Notes under the pieces: generated by a model
Database searches by the model: none
What the model saw: only the letters and a program-made list of their open reading frames with translations
What the model was told of the DNA's origin: nothing
Virus record (IMG/VR): IMGVR_UViG_3300023055_000005
Source: a virus
Taxonomy: Duplodnaviria; Caudoviricetes
Direction: 5' to 3' (one strand)
Length of the DNA: 64,000 bases
Translations under genes and position numbers: made by a program
Shown: positions 47,042-55,464 of the stretch, piece by piece
Layout: each line of letters starts with the position of its first letter
How positions within the stretch are numbered: position 1 is the first letter of the stretch

Positions 47042-47434
47042 ATGGCAATGTTGAAACACTTCGTACTACTGAAAACTTTCGAGCACGGCTGGCAGGCCAA
47101 GCAGTTTGTTCTGATCCTGCGTCAGCGCCTGACCAGCTCCAAGTCCTTCCTGGGCGCATGGAGCTGGGCACAGACGACGATGACTCTGCCCGACCACCCA
47201 GAGCAATTCGAAGGTCCAGTCATTCTGGAGAACGGCTATCGCGACGTGGCCTGCTATCGCGACAAGTGCCGCAACGGCGAAGGTGACGTGTACACCTATC
47301 CGGCCATGAAGGACTGGATCGAAGGTGGGTTCTGCGGTGAGCCGCCGTCCCCGCCACAAGAGTCCGACGACCAACAGACGTTGGGCGACTTGGGCAACAT
47401 TTCCAAACTTACCAAGTCTGAGGACGCGCCATGA
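47042..47434 (+). CDS. Hypothetical protein
   Basis: Start moved to ATG 47042 or 47048. Confidence 0.6.
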   Translation: MAMLKHFVLLKTFEHGWQAKQFVLILRQRLTSSKSFLGAWSWAQTTMTLPDHPEQFEGPVILENGYRDVACYRDKCRNGEGDVYTYPAMKDWIEGGFCGEPPSPPQESDDQQTLGDLGNISKLTKSEDAP

Positions 47435-47862
47435 GCAGTACCAACAAACGACAGTGCTGCTACCTCGGTGAAGGTCGCTATCTGGTCCGCAGTGCAGAAG
47501 GCTACGAAGAAGCCAAGCAGCAAGCGCTCAAGCAGAGCGGCCTGCGTGGTCCGGATGTCAAGATCAAGTACACCGGCGTCTTCCGCTTCGGCTATCCGGC
47601 GGTGGTCTGGTTCTGGCCGATCTTCCGTGGGAACATGCGTTGGGACATCTACGCCTGCTCCTACCACCTGAACACGTACATGGAGTTCCTCCACAAGCGC
47701 CTGAAGGAGCTGGAGAACCATGACGTGCTGATCGCCGAGCTGGGCTATACCAAGCTGGCCGAGGTGGCCGCCGGTCGTGCAGCCGATGATCCGGAGTTCC
47801 ACGCTGATCTTCTGCGCCTGCTCGAAGAAGGCGCTGCCTCCAACGAAACCAAGGAACCCTGA
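47431..47862 (+). CDS. Hypothetical protein
   Basis: ATGA overlap, GAGG SD. Confidence 0.7.
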   Translation: MSSTNKRQCCYLGEGRYLVRSAEGYEEAKQQALKQSGLRGPDVKIKYTGVFRFGYPAVVWFWPIFRGNMRWDIYACSYHLNTYMEFLHKRLKELENHDVLIAELGYTKLAEVAAGRAADDPEFHADLLRLLEEGAASNETKEP

Positions 47863-48092
47863 TGTTCATCGGTCTGTTCAAAATGGCACTCGGCATCGGC
47901 GGGTTGTTCTTCACCCTGCTGGGCATGTTCGTGTTCTTCAAGGTGTTCATCGCGCCCAAGGTTGCGCCGATGGATACCTCCAACCGGATCAACCACCTGC
48001 GCCTGCTTTGGTTCGTGCTGGCCAGGCCGGAACTGTTCGTCGACACGTTCCCGTGGCTGAAGAACGATGAGCTGAAGAACGTCACCAAGTGA
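47862..48092 (+). CDS. Small membrane protein
   Basis: TGATG coupling; N-terminal TM. Confidence 0.7.
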   Translation: MFIGLFKMALGIGGLFFTLLGMFVFFKVFIAPKVAPMDTSNRINHLRLLWFVLARPELFVDTFPWLKNDELKNVTK

Positions 48093-48130
48093 CATATCGC
48101 CCCTCCCAGACGGGAGGGGCTTTATGCCGA
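48091..48130. terminator. Hairpin with GACATA...TATGCC flanks
   Basis: gcccctccc/gggaggggc stem. Confidence 0.8.
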
Positions 48131-48141
48131 TTCCAATATGT

Positions 48142-48166
48142 TTCAACCCTATATAACTCATGTGAG
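48142..48166 (+). promoter_or_regulatory. Phage (putative early) promoter copy 7
   Basis: TTCAACCC-TATATA-ACTCAT-GTGAG. Confidence 0.8.
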
Positions 48167-48216
48167 GTTCCAATCAAAAGACCTCATTCCCTTCTTAAAC
48201 TCAATGGAGATTCAAC

Positions 48217-48423
48217 ATGAACAAGTCCACCCCGAAGACCAACAACGTCGCCGCTCGTCGTATCGCTCCGGCACGTAAGCCCCTCATCAAGCGCCTTGGT
48301 TCGGCTGTCGTCGATACCGCCAAGGACAAGCAGGTCCAGATTGTTGTCGGTGGTTCGCTCGCAGTTTGCGCGCTGATCATCACCGGCGCAGTCCTGGCTG
48401 ATAAGTACCTGGAACGTAACTAA
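48217..48423 (+). CDS. Tail-anchored membrane microprotein with basic N-terminus
   Basis: GGAG SD; C-terminal IVVGGSLAVCALIITGAVLA. Confidence 0.75.
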   Translation: MNKSTPKTNNVAARRIAPARKPLIKRLGSAVVDTAKDKQVQIVVGGSLAVCALIITGAVLADKYLERN

Positions 48424-48497
48424 CTCCAGACCGCAGCAAACTGAGCCGTCATTTCGGCGGCTCTTTTATTTCCCTTCCAATAATGGAGTAACAAAGA

Positions 48498-49523
48498 ATG
48501 AAAAAGAAAGTAACTGAAACGAAGAACGCCGCAACTACCGTGGACAACACCGAGTACTACGAACTGATTGCCAAGCGCAAGAAGCTCGCCGCTCGTGCCA
48601 AGAAGCTGACGGACGCTGGCAAGCCGGTCCCGACCAAGCTTCGCGACGAAATGGCTGCCCTGAAACGACAGACCAACAAGTCCTCCATCGTCCTCGGCAA
48701 GGGTCTCAAGACCCTGGCTACCAAGCCGAACGATGTGAAGGAAGTCAAGGTGGTTGACATCACCACCACGACCACCATCACCGAACTGGCAAAGGCGCTG
48801 GGCATGCGTCCGAGCGGACTGGTGAGCCGCCTGTTCCGTCATGGGACTACTGCGGTGAGCGGTGACAAGGTGACCACGCTCAAGAGCGCCGTCAAGGTTC
48901 TCAACGAGATCGGCTCGAAGGAAGGCTTCAAGGTCCAGCTCGTCGAATCCACTGCGGTGGACAAGCTCACCGATGCGTTCAGCACTGCGACCAAGAATCG
49001 CCGTGTGCGCAAGAAGCCGCTGACCAAGATCGCCATTTCCCCGCGTATCACCATCGAGCAGCTGGCTGAAAAGCTGGACATCACCAAGAACGCGCTGGTC
49101 AAGCACTACTTCGCCGAGAAGAAGATCGTGTCCACCTCGCAGACCGTTGCGTCGGCAGGTCGCATCCTCGCTCGCAAGATCGCTCACGAGCTGGGCTTCG
49201 AGTTGACCTACACCAAGGTCGGCAAGGTGTCCAAGACGGTCTCCCAGTCCGAAGCGGGTCTCACCATGCGTCAGCTGGAAAACGAGATCTTCAAGGTCGA
49301 CGGTCTGCGCATCGTCTTCCGCGTCGATCAGAACGTTCGCTCGGGGATTGCCAAGTGGGGTCAGCGTATGCCTGACAGCGCCACGATCTCCAGCCTGCAC
49401 GCTCGGCTGAAGCGGCACCACGCGGACTTCAAGGACTGCCAGTTTGTCATCACCGACAAGAACGGCGACGCCTTCACGTCCACCAGCAACCGCAAGCAGA
49501 AGCTCTCGGCTCTGGCTTTCTAA
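48498..49523 (+). CDS. Basic protein with two IF2 N-terminal-domain-like repeats
   Basis: TITELAKALGMRPSGLVSRLF and ITIEQLAEKLDITKNALVKHYF..ARKIAHELG resemble IF2 ITVxELAxK..VIK..M..AE++A+E+G. Confidence 0.7.
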   Translation: MKKKVTETKNAATTVDNTEYYELIAKRKKLAARAKKLTDAGKPVPTKLRDEMAALKRQTNKSSIVLGKGLKTLATKPNDVKEVKVVDITTTTTITELAKALGMRPSGLVSRLFRHGTTAVSGDKVTTLKSAVKVLNEIGSKEGFKVQLVESTAVDKLTDAFSTATKNRRVRKKPLTKIAISPRITIEQLAEKLDITKNALVKHYFAEKKIVSTSQTVASAGRILARKIAHELGFELTYTKVGKVSKTVSQSEAGLTMRQLENEIFKVDGLRIVFRVDQNVRSGIAKWGQRMPDSATISSLHARLKRHHADFKDCQFVITDKNGDAFTSTSNRKQKLSALAF

Positions 49524-49559
49524 GCAGTACCCACCAACCACTGGTATAAGGAGATAGAA

Positions 49560-50000
49560 GTGAACGTTGGTGTTTGTGAGAAGGTTGTCCCTCAGCGTCG
49601 TGAGTTCTACGTGACGCACTCGTTTGAGGGTAACCTCTACTTCAGGAATCTCCACCCGATGAATGTCGAGGAGCCTGTCCTGAAATTGACGTGTGAGATC
49701 CCTACGCTCGGCATGGAACATGCTGATCGGAATGGTCGCATTGACGTCATGAAGTTGTGCATCTTGAAGAAGTTCGAGGCTCAAGGTCTGAACGGTATGG
49801 AACTGGGCGCCCTGTTAGGGTTGCTCAGTCCCCGCTGCATATGCCCTGAGTTACTCGATGAGCTGCCTGCGACTGTGCTGAACCATGTACAGATCGAGGA
49901 TGAACGGCTGATCAAAATCTCCGGTACGCATTGGGGCGAATATCTGGAAGCTAACTACCTGGCGGTAAGTTGGCCCAGTGAAAAGTTCCTCGGCTGCTGA
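49560..50000 (+). CDS. Hypothetical protein, weaker codon bias
   Basis: AAGGAG SD, GTG start. Confidence 0.65.
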   Translation: MNVGVCEKVVPQRREFYVTHSFEGNLYFRNLHPMNVEEPVLKLTCEIPTLGMEHADRNGRIDVMKLCILKKFEAQGLNGMELGALLGLLSPRCICPELLDELPATVLNHVQIEDERLIKISGTHWGEYLEANYLAVSWPSEKFLGC

Positions 50001-50093
50001 GAAAGAGTAGTAACTGGCTGTACTCTGCTGTACCATGTATGGCGGAGGTAACCCCTCCGCCTTTTCTCGCTTAAACCTAATGGAGTTTCAAAT

Positions 50094-50636
50094 ATGTGGG
50101 GCAATTACGTCGGAACGTTGGAAATCAGCCGTGCCAAGAGCACCGCTCATCGCTCGGGTCGCATCATGTTCTTCGATCGCGCTACTGACCTGTTCGCTCA
50201 CGTCCTGTTCGATCTGGACCCGATCAACTACGAAGACCCCAAGGACTACCGCGGTCTGTTCGTGGTGGATGAGATCTTCACCAACATCCTCGATGAAAAC
50301 GAAGCCGACCGCTTCCGCGACATCATCGCGCTGTCGATCCACTTCCTGTTCAACAACAAGGACTTCAAGGATCGGCACCGCATCACTCACACCGAGATCC
50401 TCATCGGCGTTGGCGAGCTGGATGAGAATCCTGTCCACAGCTCGCTGATGCAGAGCACGACCAAGTTCCTGGTCGACGAGCATCACGAGGAAGGTGACAA
50501 TGTCATCACCATCGAGAAGCTGCGCGAGTTCGCTCGCAACGACTCGGTCATGAACAAGCAGATCGGCATGTACACCGCCGGTGAGCGCGAGCCCACCATG
50601 GTGATCGACTGCACGTCGGCATTCGCCACGCTGTAA
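50094..50636 (+). CDS. Hypothetical protein
   Basis: GGAG SD, biased codons. Confidence 0.75.
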   Translation: MWGNYVGTLEISRAKSTAHRSGRIMFFDRATDLFAHVLFDLDPINYEDPKDYRGLFVVDEIFTNILDENEADRFRDIIALSIHFLFNNKDFKDRHRITHTEILIGVGELDENPVHSSLMQSTTKFLVDEHHEEGDNVITIEKLREFARNDSVMNKQIGMYTAGEREPTMVIDCTSAFATL

Positions 50637-50705
50637 CATCCTAGAGGGCAGGACTTCGGTTCTGCCCCCTTTCCTTTCGTAATACCCCCCAATGGAGAAA
50701 TTCGT

Positions 50706-51209
50706 ATGAACAGCAAGACCCCGCGTTACATAGCGGTCCTTGACATGCTGAACATCGGCCGCATGACCAACGCCGACGGTGACCTCATGGTCATCGATAC
50801 CACCACCGCTGAACACGTTTTTCTTTATTTGGCAATTCGTGAAGAAGGAAGTGAAGAAGAGGGGGATTATGGTGTCGAGTTGGAGATAGTCGGCGCACGC
50901 GACAACATTCCCCAGAACCCGGTCGAAGAGGACAACCTGGCAGCTGCTCGGCGACTGGCCAACGGTGCCTACAGCATCCTCTGCAGCGCTCTGGACATCA
51001 TCCGGGAAAATCCAGAAAGCGAAGTCTTCGCCCACCGCGCCCTGGCTAAGGCCTCCGTCAAATACAACTGCGAAGATAGCGAACATCTGACTGAGAAAGT
51101 GCTGTACTCGGTCATGCAATCGAATGATGCCTGTCATGAAAAAGTCGAACTGACCATCCTGACCGACAAGTTGATCAGGCGCACCTTTGATCTGGGTGAT
51201 CGTACCTAA
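50706..51209 (+). CDS. Hypothetical acidic protein
   Basis: GGAG SD. Confidence 0.7.
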   Translation: MNSKTPRYIAVLDMLNIGRMTNADGDLMVIDTTTAEHVFLYLAIREEGSEEEGDYGVELEIVGARDNIPQNPVEEDNLAAARRLANGAYSILCSALDIIRENPESEVFAHRALAKASVKYNCEDSEHLTEKVLYSVMQSNDACHEKVELTILTDKLIRRTFDLGDRT

Positions 51210-51248
51210 GTCCCACACTCGCCCAACAACTACCCAACCGAGGTTCCC

Positions 51249-51503
51249 ATGGCCAGCAAAGCCGTCAAGCGGTTGACCGCAAGGTATACCCGCAAGCGCA
51301 ACTCGTTCCTGCTCTACGCAGCCCTGATGATGATCGTCTGTTTCTCGATGGGACTCATCCTTCCCAACGCCAGTGTGTTCGGCAGTTACAAGTGGGCGGT
51401 ACTGGGAGTGCAGCTGGGATTGTTCTTCTTCGCCGCAGTCGCCGCAGTCAAGAAGTTCTGGCCGGCATACTACGACTACCTCCGATTGCGGAGTGTGGCG
51501 TAA
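51249..51503 (+). CDS. Two-TM membrane protein
   Basis: GAGG SD; two hydrophobic segments. Confidence 0.7.
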   Translation: MASKAVKRLTARYTRKRNSFLLYAALMMIVCFSMGLILPNASVFGSYKWAVLGVQLGLFFFAAVAAVKKFWPAYYDYLRLRSVA

Positions 51504-51529
51504 TTTGCTACACGAGCAGGCCTATAATC

Positions 51530-51810
51530 TGTACAAGTCAGTGTGCACTGCAGCTCCTCCGATAACCCGAATGTAGGCACGGCCATGCGTGCTGATCATC
51601 TATCCCGTTCGTGTACGGGAAAGCTCTTTAGGGGGAGCCATAATCGGAGTCAAAGCGCAGCACATACCCTGCATCAACATCGTTTGTCTGATCGACCTAC
51701 TTGCTCGGGTTGCTAGGATCGCGGAGTTGTTGCCTGACTCTTCTGCTAGGTTGGGGTGGCAGTTTATTCCAAGCATTAGGCCTGCTCCTTCGGGGGCAGG
51801 CTTTATGCCC
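51530..51810 (+). ncRNA. Candidate structured non-coding RNA (multi-helix junction plus pseudoknot) ending in a UUCG terminator
   Basis: About 340-nt gap without an SD-led, codon-biased ORF; about eight complementary segments found by eye; G-U pairs favour the + strand. Confidence 0.6.
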
Positions 51811-51844
51811 TTATGCGCTTTTCGAATACCACAACGGAGTTCCA

Positions 51845-52009
51845 ATGACTGAAGATAAGTTCACCAAGTGTAAGCCGGGTTCCTTCCTCGACAAGATGTA
51901 CCGCGAGAAGTTCGGGCAGGTTTACATTGACTACATTGAAGTGGAAGAGCAGTGCACCTCGCGCTCCTCCACTGGGCCGGAGTTTGAGTTCGAGGATCTC
52001 GACGCATGA
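51845..52009 (+). CDS. Small acidic protein (54 aa)
   Basis: GGAG SD before ATG 51845. Confidence 0.65.
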   Translation: MTEDKFTKCKPGSFLDKMYREKFGQVYIDYIEVEEQCTSRSSTGPEFEFEDLDA

Positions 52010-52539
52010 ACTTCATGCCCCTGCTCTGCAATAAGCTGTGCATCTGCAAGTCCTCGTTCGGCTGGCTCATCATGACGCCGCTGTTCGTCTACATGTCCTC
52101 CTCTTCGGCGATGATGGGTCCGATCGTCTCCGGGTCCACCGCACTCACGATCAACGGCTGGTTGGTCACGTGGAAGTGGAAAGGCAAGCTGGTGTTCATG
52201 TGGTCCTTCACTGAACTGCTCCCCGCGGTTAAGAAGTGGATCCTTGGACCGAATACCAACGAGTTCAAGGAGACCGGGGCGTGGACCTACGCCTACCTGC
52301 CTGATGGCTCGTCGGCGATCGTCAAAGAGGGCTACCTCACCGTCCACAATCGCCGCTGGCGTAAGAGCGTTCCACATGGCCGTCTGTACGAGGTCGTTGG
52401 CTTCCCCGGTTATCTCAAGGCGCCATGCCTTCAAAGCGCCGCAGAAAAGGCCGAAGCATCCTTCAAGGCACTCGAAGAGTTGTCGGGACTGGTCAACGAA
52501 CTGCAAACCGATATCAACAACTCTGCACTGAAAGCGTAA
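52006..52539 (+). CDS. Hypothetical protein
   Basis: ATGA overlap. Confidence 0.7.
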   Translation: MNFMPLLCNKLCICKSSFGWLIMTPLFVYMSSSSAMMGPIVSGSTALTINGWLVTWKWKGKLVFMWSFTELLPAVKKWILGPNTNEFKETGAWTYAYLPDGSSAIVKEGYLTVHNRRWRKSVPHGRLYEVVGFPGYLKAPCLQSAAEKAEASFKALEELSGLVNELQTDINNSALKA

Positions 52540-52588
52540 CACCCTCCTTCGCAGTATCACTAAAACACAACGTATCACGGAGATAGAC

Positions 52589-53095
52589 ATGAGCAACATT
52601 GCACAGCTGACCCAGACCGTTTCCCTCGAAGTCAATGCCTACACCGATCAGGCACGACTCCAGGAGATCGCAGCCAAGCTGCGTTCGATGATGGTCCAGG
52701 ACGGCCAGGATGAAGCAAACCTGACGACCCACGCTTCGTCCGACAACAAGCCGGAATATCCGACGGCTGTGATCAAGACCGAGTTCCGCTGCAAGGGTTT
52801 TCGCAACATGCTGGAGATCGACATCCAGCTCAGCGAAAGCCTGCTGACCAACAACCTGCTGATGGTGGACCACAAACGTCGCCTGCAAGCCTACGCCGCC
52901 GGTAAGGAAGCGCTGTGGGTCATCAACGAGTTGAACAAGACTCTGCTGGATGATCCGGAAAGTTCCAACCCGCAGCTGGACAAGTACATCAACCGCGGCC
53001 AGCGCATCATCCTGCGGAAAGAGTACGACGCTCACGCATTCCACCGCGAACTGGTCAAGCTGCAGGACGAAATCCTCGGCTCCCTCCCCAAGTAA
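52589..53095 (+). CDS. Hypothetical helical protein
   Basis: GGAG SD. Confidence 0.75.
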   Translation: MSNIAQLTQTVSLEVNAYTDQARLQEIAAKLRSMMVQDGQDEANLTTHASSDNKPEYPTAVIKTEFRCKGFRNMLEIDIQLSESLLTNNLLMVDHKRRLQAYAAGKEALWVINELNKTLLDDPESSNPQLDKYINRGQRIILRKEYDAHAFHRELVKLQDEILGSLPK

Positions 53096-53166
53096 CTGAC
53101 CCACCCTCTCAGGGCGGGGGCACAACCCGCCCTTTCCTTTGAGCAATACCCTTAACGGAGTTTCAC

Positions 53167-54108
53167 ATGACCAACGTACAGCTTACCCAGAAACTGGACT
53201 TCCCCGGCTGGCATGATGTCAATGGCATCCCCAGTGGACTGTGGGACGATCCCAACTGCGACTTCGAGTCCTACATCGAGGGTCGCTACAACTACGCCGA
53301 TGTTGAGTTCCATCACCCGCAGTTCCTGCCCTACGGCGTTCGTGAACAGGCTCGTGCCGATACCAGCCTGAGCCGTGGCATGAATGAGTTCAAGACCGAC
53401 CTGCGTTACGTGGTCACCAACGGCATGCTGGTGTTTGAAACCTACTACACCTACAGCGGCGCCAGCGTTGATCGGTTCCCGGCAGTTGCTGTACTGACCC
53501 CGGACGAACTACTGGTCTTCGGCGCACCTGACTGGGGCCTGTGGGCGGATCGTACTTTCACCAAGGACGATTACCTGCGCTTCAACATCGCCAAGCTGCG
53601 TCTGTCGTTGCCGCTGCTGATGCGGCACAACCTGATCATGCAAGGCGACAACAAGTACGTCTTCGCCGAGATCTATCGCTCCAACCGCTCGGCCAACACC
53701 AGCAACCGTGCAGCCACTCCGGTGCACTTGAACCGCGCTGGTGCAACGCTGACCCGCCGGCTGGCCAATGCGTTCCCGTCCATGGGGAGCTTCCTGGAAC
53801 GGGGCGTGTTCTCCGCTCGCGCTTTCGAGGTGCAACCGATCCTCGATGAACTCACCGGTATGCACAAAGACCTGGAGTTCGGCCACCTGATGCATCGTGG
53901 CAAGTACGCTCGGATGAATGCCAAGTTGATCGATCTGTACGGCAAGATCAACCAGACCATCCGGCTCAACCGTGGCGAAGAGCCGCCGCAGGTGCTGTAC
54001 GACATGATCAAGCAGTACAGCATTGAGGCCGCCTCAGTGGCCCGTGAAGACATTCGCCGGTTCGGTCGCACGCGCGATACGGGTTACCTGTCAGTGCTGC
54101 CCAAGTAA
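53167..54108 (+). CDS. Hypothetical protein (313 aa)
   Basis: GGAGTTTCACATG leader. Confidence 0.8.
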   Translation: MTNVQLTQKLDFPGWHDVNGIPSGLWDDPNCDFESYIEGRYNYADVEFHHPQFLPYGVREQARADTSLSRGMNEFKTDLRYVVTNGMLVFETYYTYSGASVDRFPAVAVLTPDELLVFGAPDWGLWADRTFTKDDYLRFNIAKLRLSLPLLMRHNLIMQGDNKYVFAEIYRSNRSANTSNRAATPVHLNRAGATLTRRLANAFPSMGSFLERGVFSARAFEVQPILDELTGMHKDLEFGHLMHRGKYARMNAKLIDLYGKINQTIRLNRGEEPPQVLYDMIKQYSIEAASVAREDIRRFGRTRDTGYLSVLPK

Positions 54109-54112
54109 GCAG

Positions 54113-54170
54113 TCATAGCGCCCTAGCCCTTCGGGGCTAGGGCAACTCTCCAAGCCTTTTCTTTTTTGTT
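54113..54170 (+). terminator. Hairpin (TTCG) with GTCATA flank and distal T-tract
   Basis: gccctagccc/gggctagggc stem. Confidence 0.75.
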
Positions 54171-54199
54171 GTCATGCTATGACAATGGGAGAACTGTAT

Positions 54200-54721
54200 A
54201 TGGTCACAGCAATTGGAATTGGCGTCAGGCTGGGCAAAATGGTTGCCTGGTTCATCAAGGGCGGCTGGAAGAAGATCATTGCGCTGATGATCTTGGCTCT
54301 GATCGCATACGGTATCGTCATGGGGGTCATGCGTGTCTATGACCACATCTACGACCGTGGTGCGGCGGCACAGTTCAAGCTGGACACGGCCGATCTGACC
54401 AAGACCAAAAAGGAACTGGCAGACAAGACCGAAGAACTGCGCAAGTTCAAAGAGGACTACCGACTTTGGATCGAAGCCGGTGATCGTGTCTCTGGTGAAG
54501 TCGACGTGGGACAAAAGGAGCTGATGGCCGAATTGCGCCTGAAGCTGTTGGCGTCTGAACAGAAGGTCAAGGAAAAGGAACTGTTGATCAATGAAATCCG
54601 CAAACAAATTGGCGCTGAAGACGACGTTGCTAGTGCTGGTACTGCTGGCCTTGCTCGGTTGTACAACCAATCGCTCGAAAAGCCCAAGCCCGCAGCAAAA
54701 CCTGCCGCAAGTAACCGATGA
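54200..54721 (+). CDS. i-spanin (Rz-like)
   Basis: N-terminal TM, long coiled coil, GLARLYN motif; overlaps a lipoprotein gene; GGAG SD before ATG 54200. Confidence 0.75.
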   Translation: MVTAIGIGVRLGKMVAWFIKGGWKKIIALMILALIAYGIVMGVMRVYDHIYDRGAAAQFKLDTADLTKTKKELADKTEELRKFKEDYRLWIEAGDRVSGEVDVGQKELMAELRLKLLASEQKVKEKELLINEIRKQIGAEDDVASAGTAGLARLYNQSLEKPKPAAKPAASNR

Positions 54722-54959
54722 GATGATGAAGGAGCGTCCTGAGCTGAAGGAGGCTCCGGTCGGCAGCAAAGGGCGCGAACCCAAGCTCAGCGATATCGCG
54801 GCAGTGATGCTCCCCAACAACGCCGAAGCAGTGGCGCGTGGGGAAGTCATCGAAGCCTGGCAGCACTGGTACAGGACCAACCGTGCAATCATCGAGGCGG
54901 CATTTGCCAAGTATGGCATCAAACCGCCGGTCCTTACCGAAGACAAGACGAGCAAGTAA
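54591..54959 (+). CDS. o-spanin (Rz1-like lipoprotein)
   Basis: MKSANKLALKTTLLVLVLLALLG-C lipobox; Pro-rich linker; starts 131 nt inside the i-spanin gene in another frame. Confidence 0.8.
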   Translation: MKSANKLALKTTLLVLVLLALLGCTTNRSKSPSPQQNLPQVTDEMMKERPELKEAPVGSKGREPKLSDIAAVMLPNNAEAVARGEVIEAWQHWYRTNRAIIEAAFAKYGIKPPVLTEDKTSK

Positions 54960-55360
54960 TGAGCGATTTCGAAAACGAGTTTGCAGCCGTTGAGGCTGAA
55001 GCTCAGGCACTGGTCAGCAAGCAGGAAATCTTCACCTTCAGTCCTGCCGAGATCTTTGCCAATACCCGTGAAGCCAAGTACGCAATCGGCGATGATGCCT
55101 GGATGGGTATCTTCATGGGCAACGCAAAGCCCAAGCCTGAAGACAAGCCCGATGGCGCCGTCGAGGTGGTTATCGTTGGTGTGGTCAACTTCCACAACAG
55201 CGTGGCCTACCGCGTGGGTTACCGTGGTGATGATGGAATGATCCGGTTCGACAACGACCTGATCGACGAAGAAGACCTGTACGACGACCCGATGTATCTG
55301 GACCGTCCCAGGCAGACTCCGGAACGAGGCAAGCGCCCGGCGTTGTTCATCGTCAAGTAG
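54959..55360 (+). CDS. Acidic protein with SspB-like C-terminal tail
   Basis: TAATG coupling; ends RGKRPALFIVK. Confidence 0.75.
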   Translation: MSDFENEFAAVEAEAQALVSKQEIFTFSPAEIFANTREAKYAIGDDAWMGIFMGNAKPKPEDKPDGAVEVVIVGVVNFHNSVAYRVGYRGDDGMIRFDNDLIDEEDLYDDPMYLDRPRQTPERGKRPALFIVK

Positions 55361-55368
55361 CCAGCTAG

Positions 55369-55400
55369 GCAGGGGGCTTCGGCCTCCTGCTCTATGCTGT
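55369..55400 (+). terminator. Hairpin (TTCG) followed by TATGCT
   Basis: gcagggggc/gcctcctgc stem. Confidence 0.75.
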
Positions 55401-55464
55401 CAAAAAAGAAATCCGGGGTCAGTGGTATGTAGAAACCTTCACTCACTTTGGAAGAGCAAGTCCA

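Noticed and set aside
51505-51528. Sigma70-like TTGCTA...TATAAT
   Set aside because: The spacing is only 12 nt and there is no extended -10; phiKZ-like phages use their own RNAPs. Kept only as a rough marker of the possible RNA 5-prime end.
51591-51625. Hammerhead-like CTGATCA...GAAA
   Set aside because: The core should be CUGAnGA directly abutting stem II; here it is CUGAUCA with a 4-nt gap, and no matching stem III/NUH arrangement is present.
51589-51852. ORFs 51589-51852 (+), 51600-51845 (-) and 51373-51576 (+) across the structured gap
   Set aside because: No SD, no phage codon bias, and they run through a clear terminator; the structured-RNA reading fits better.
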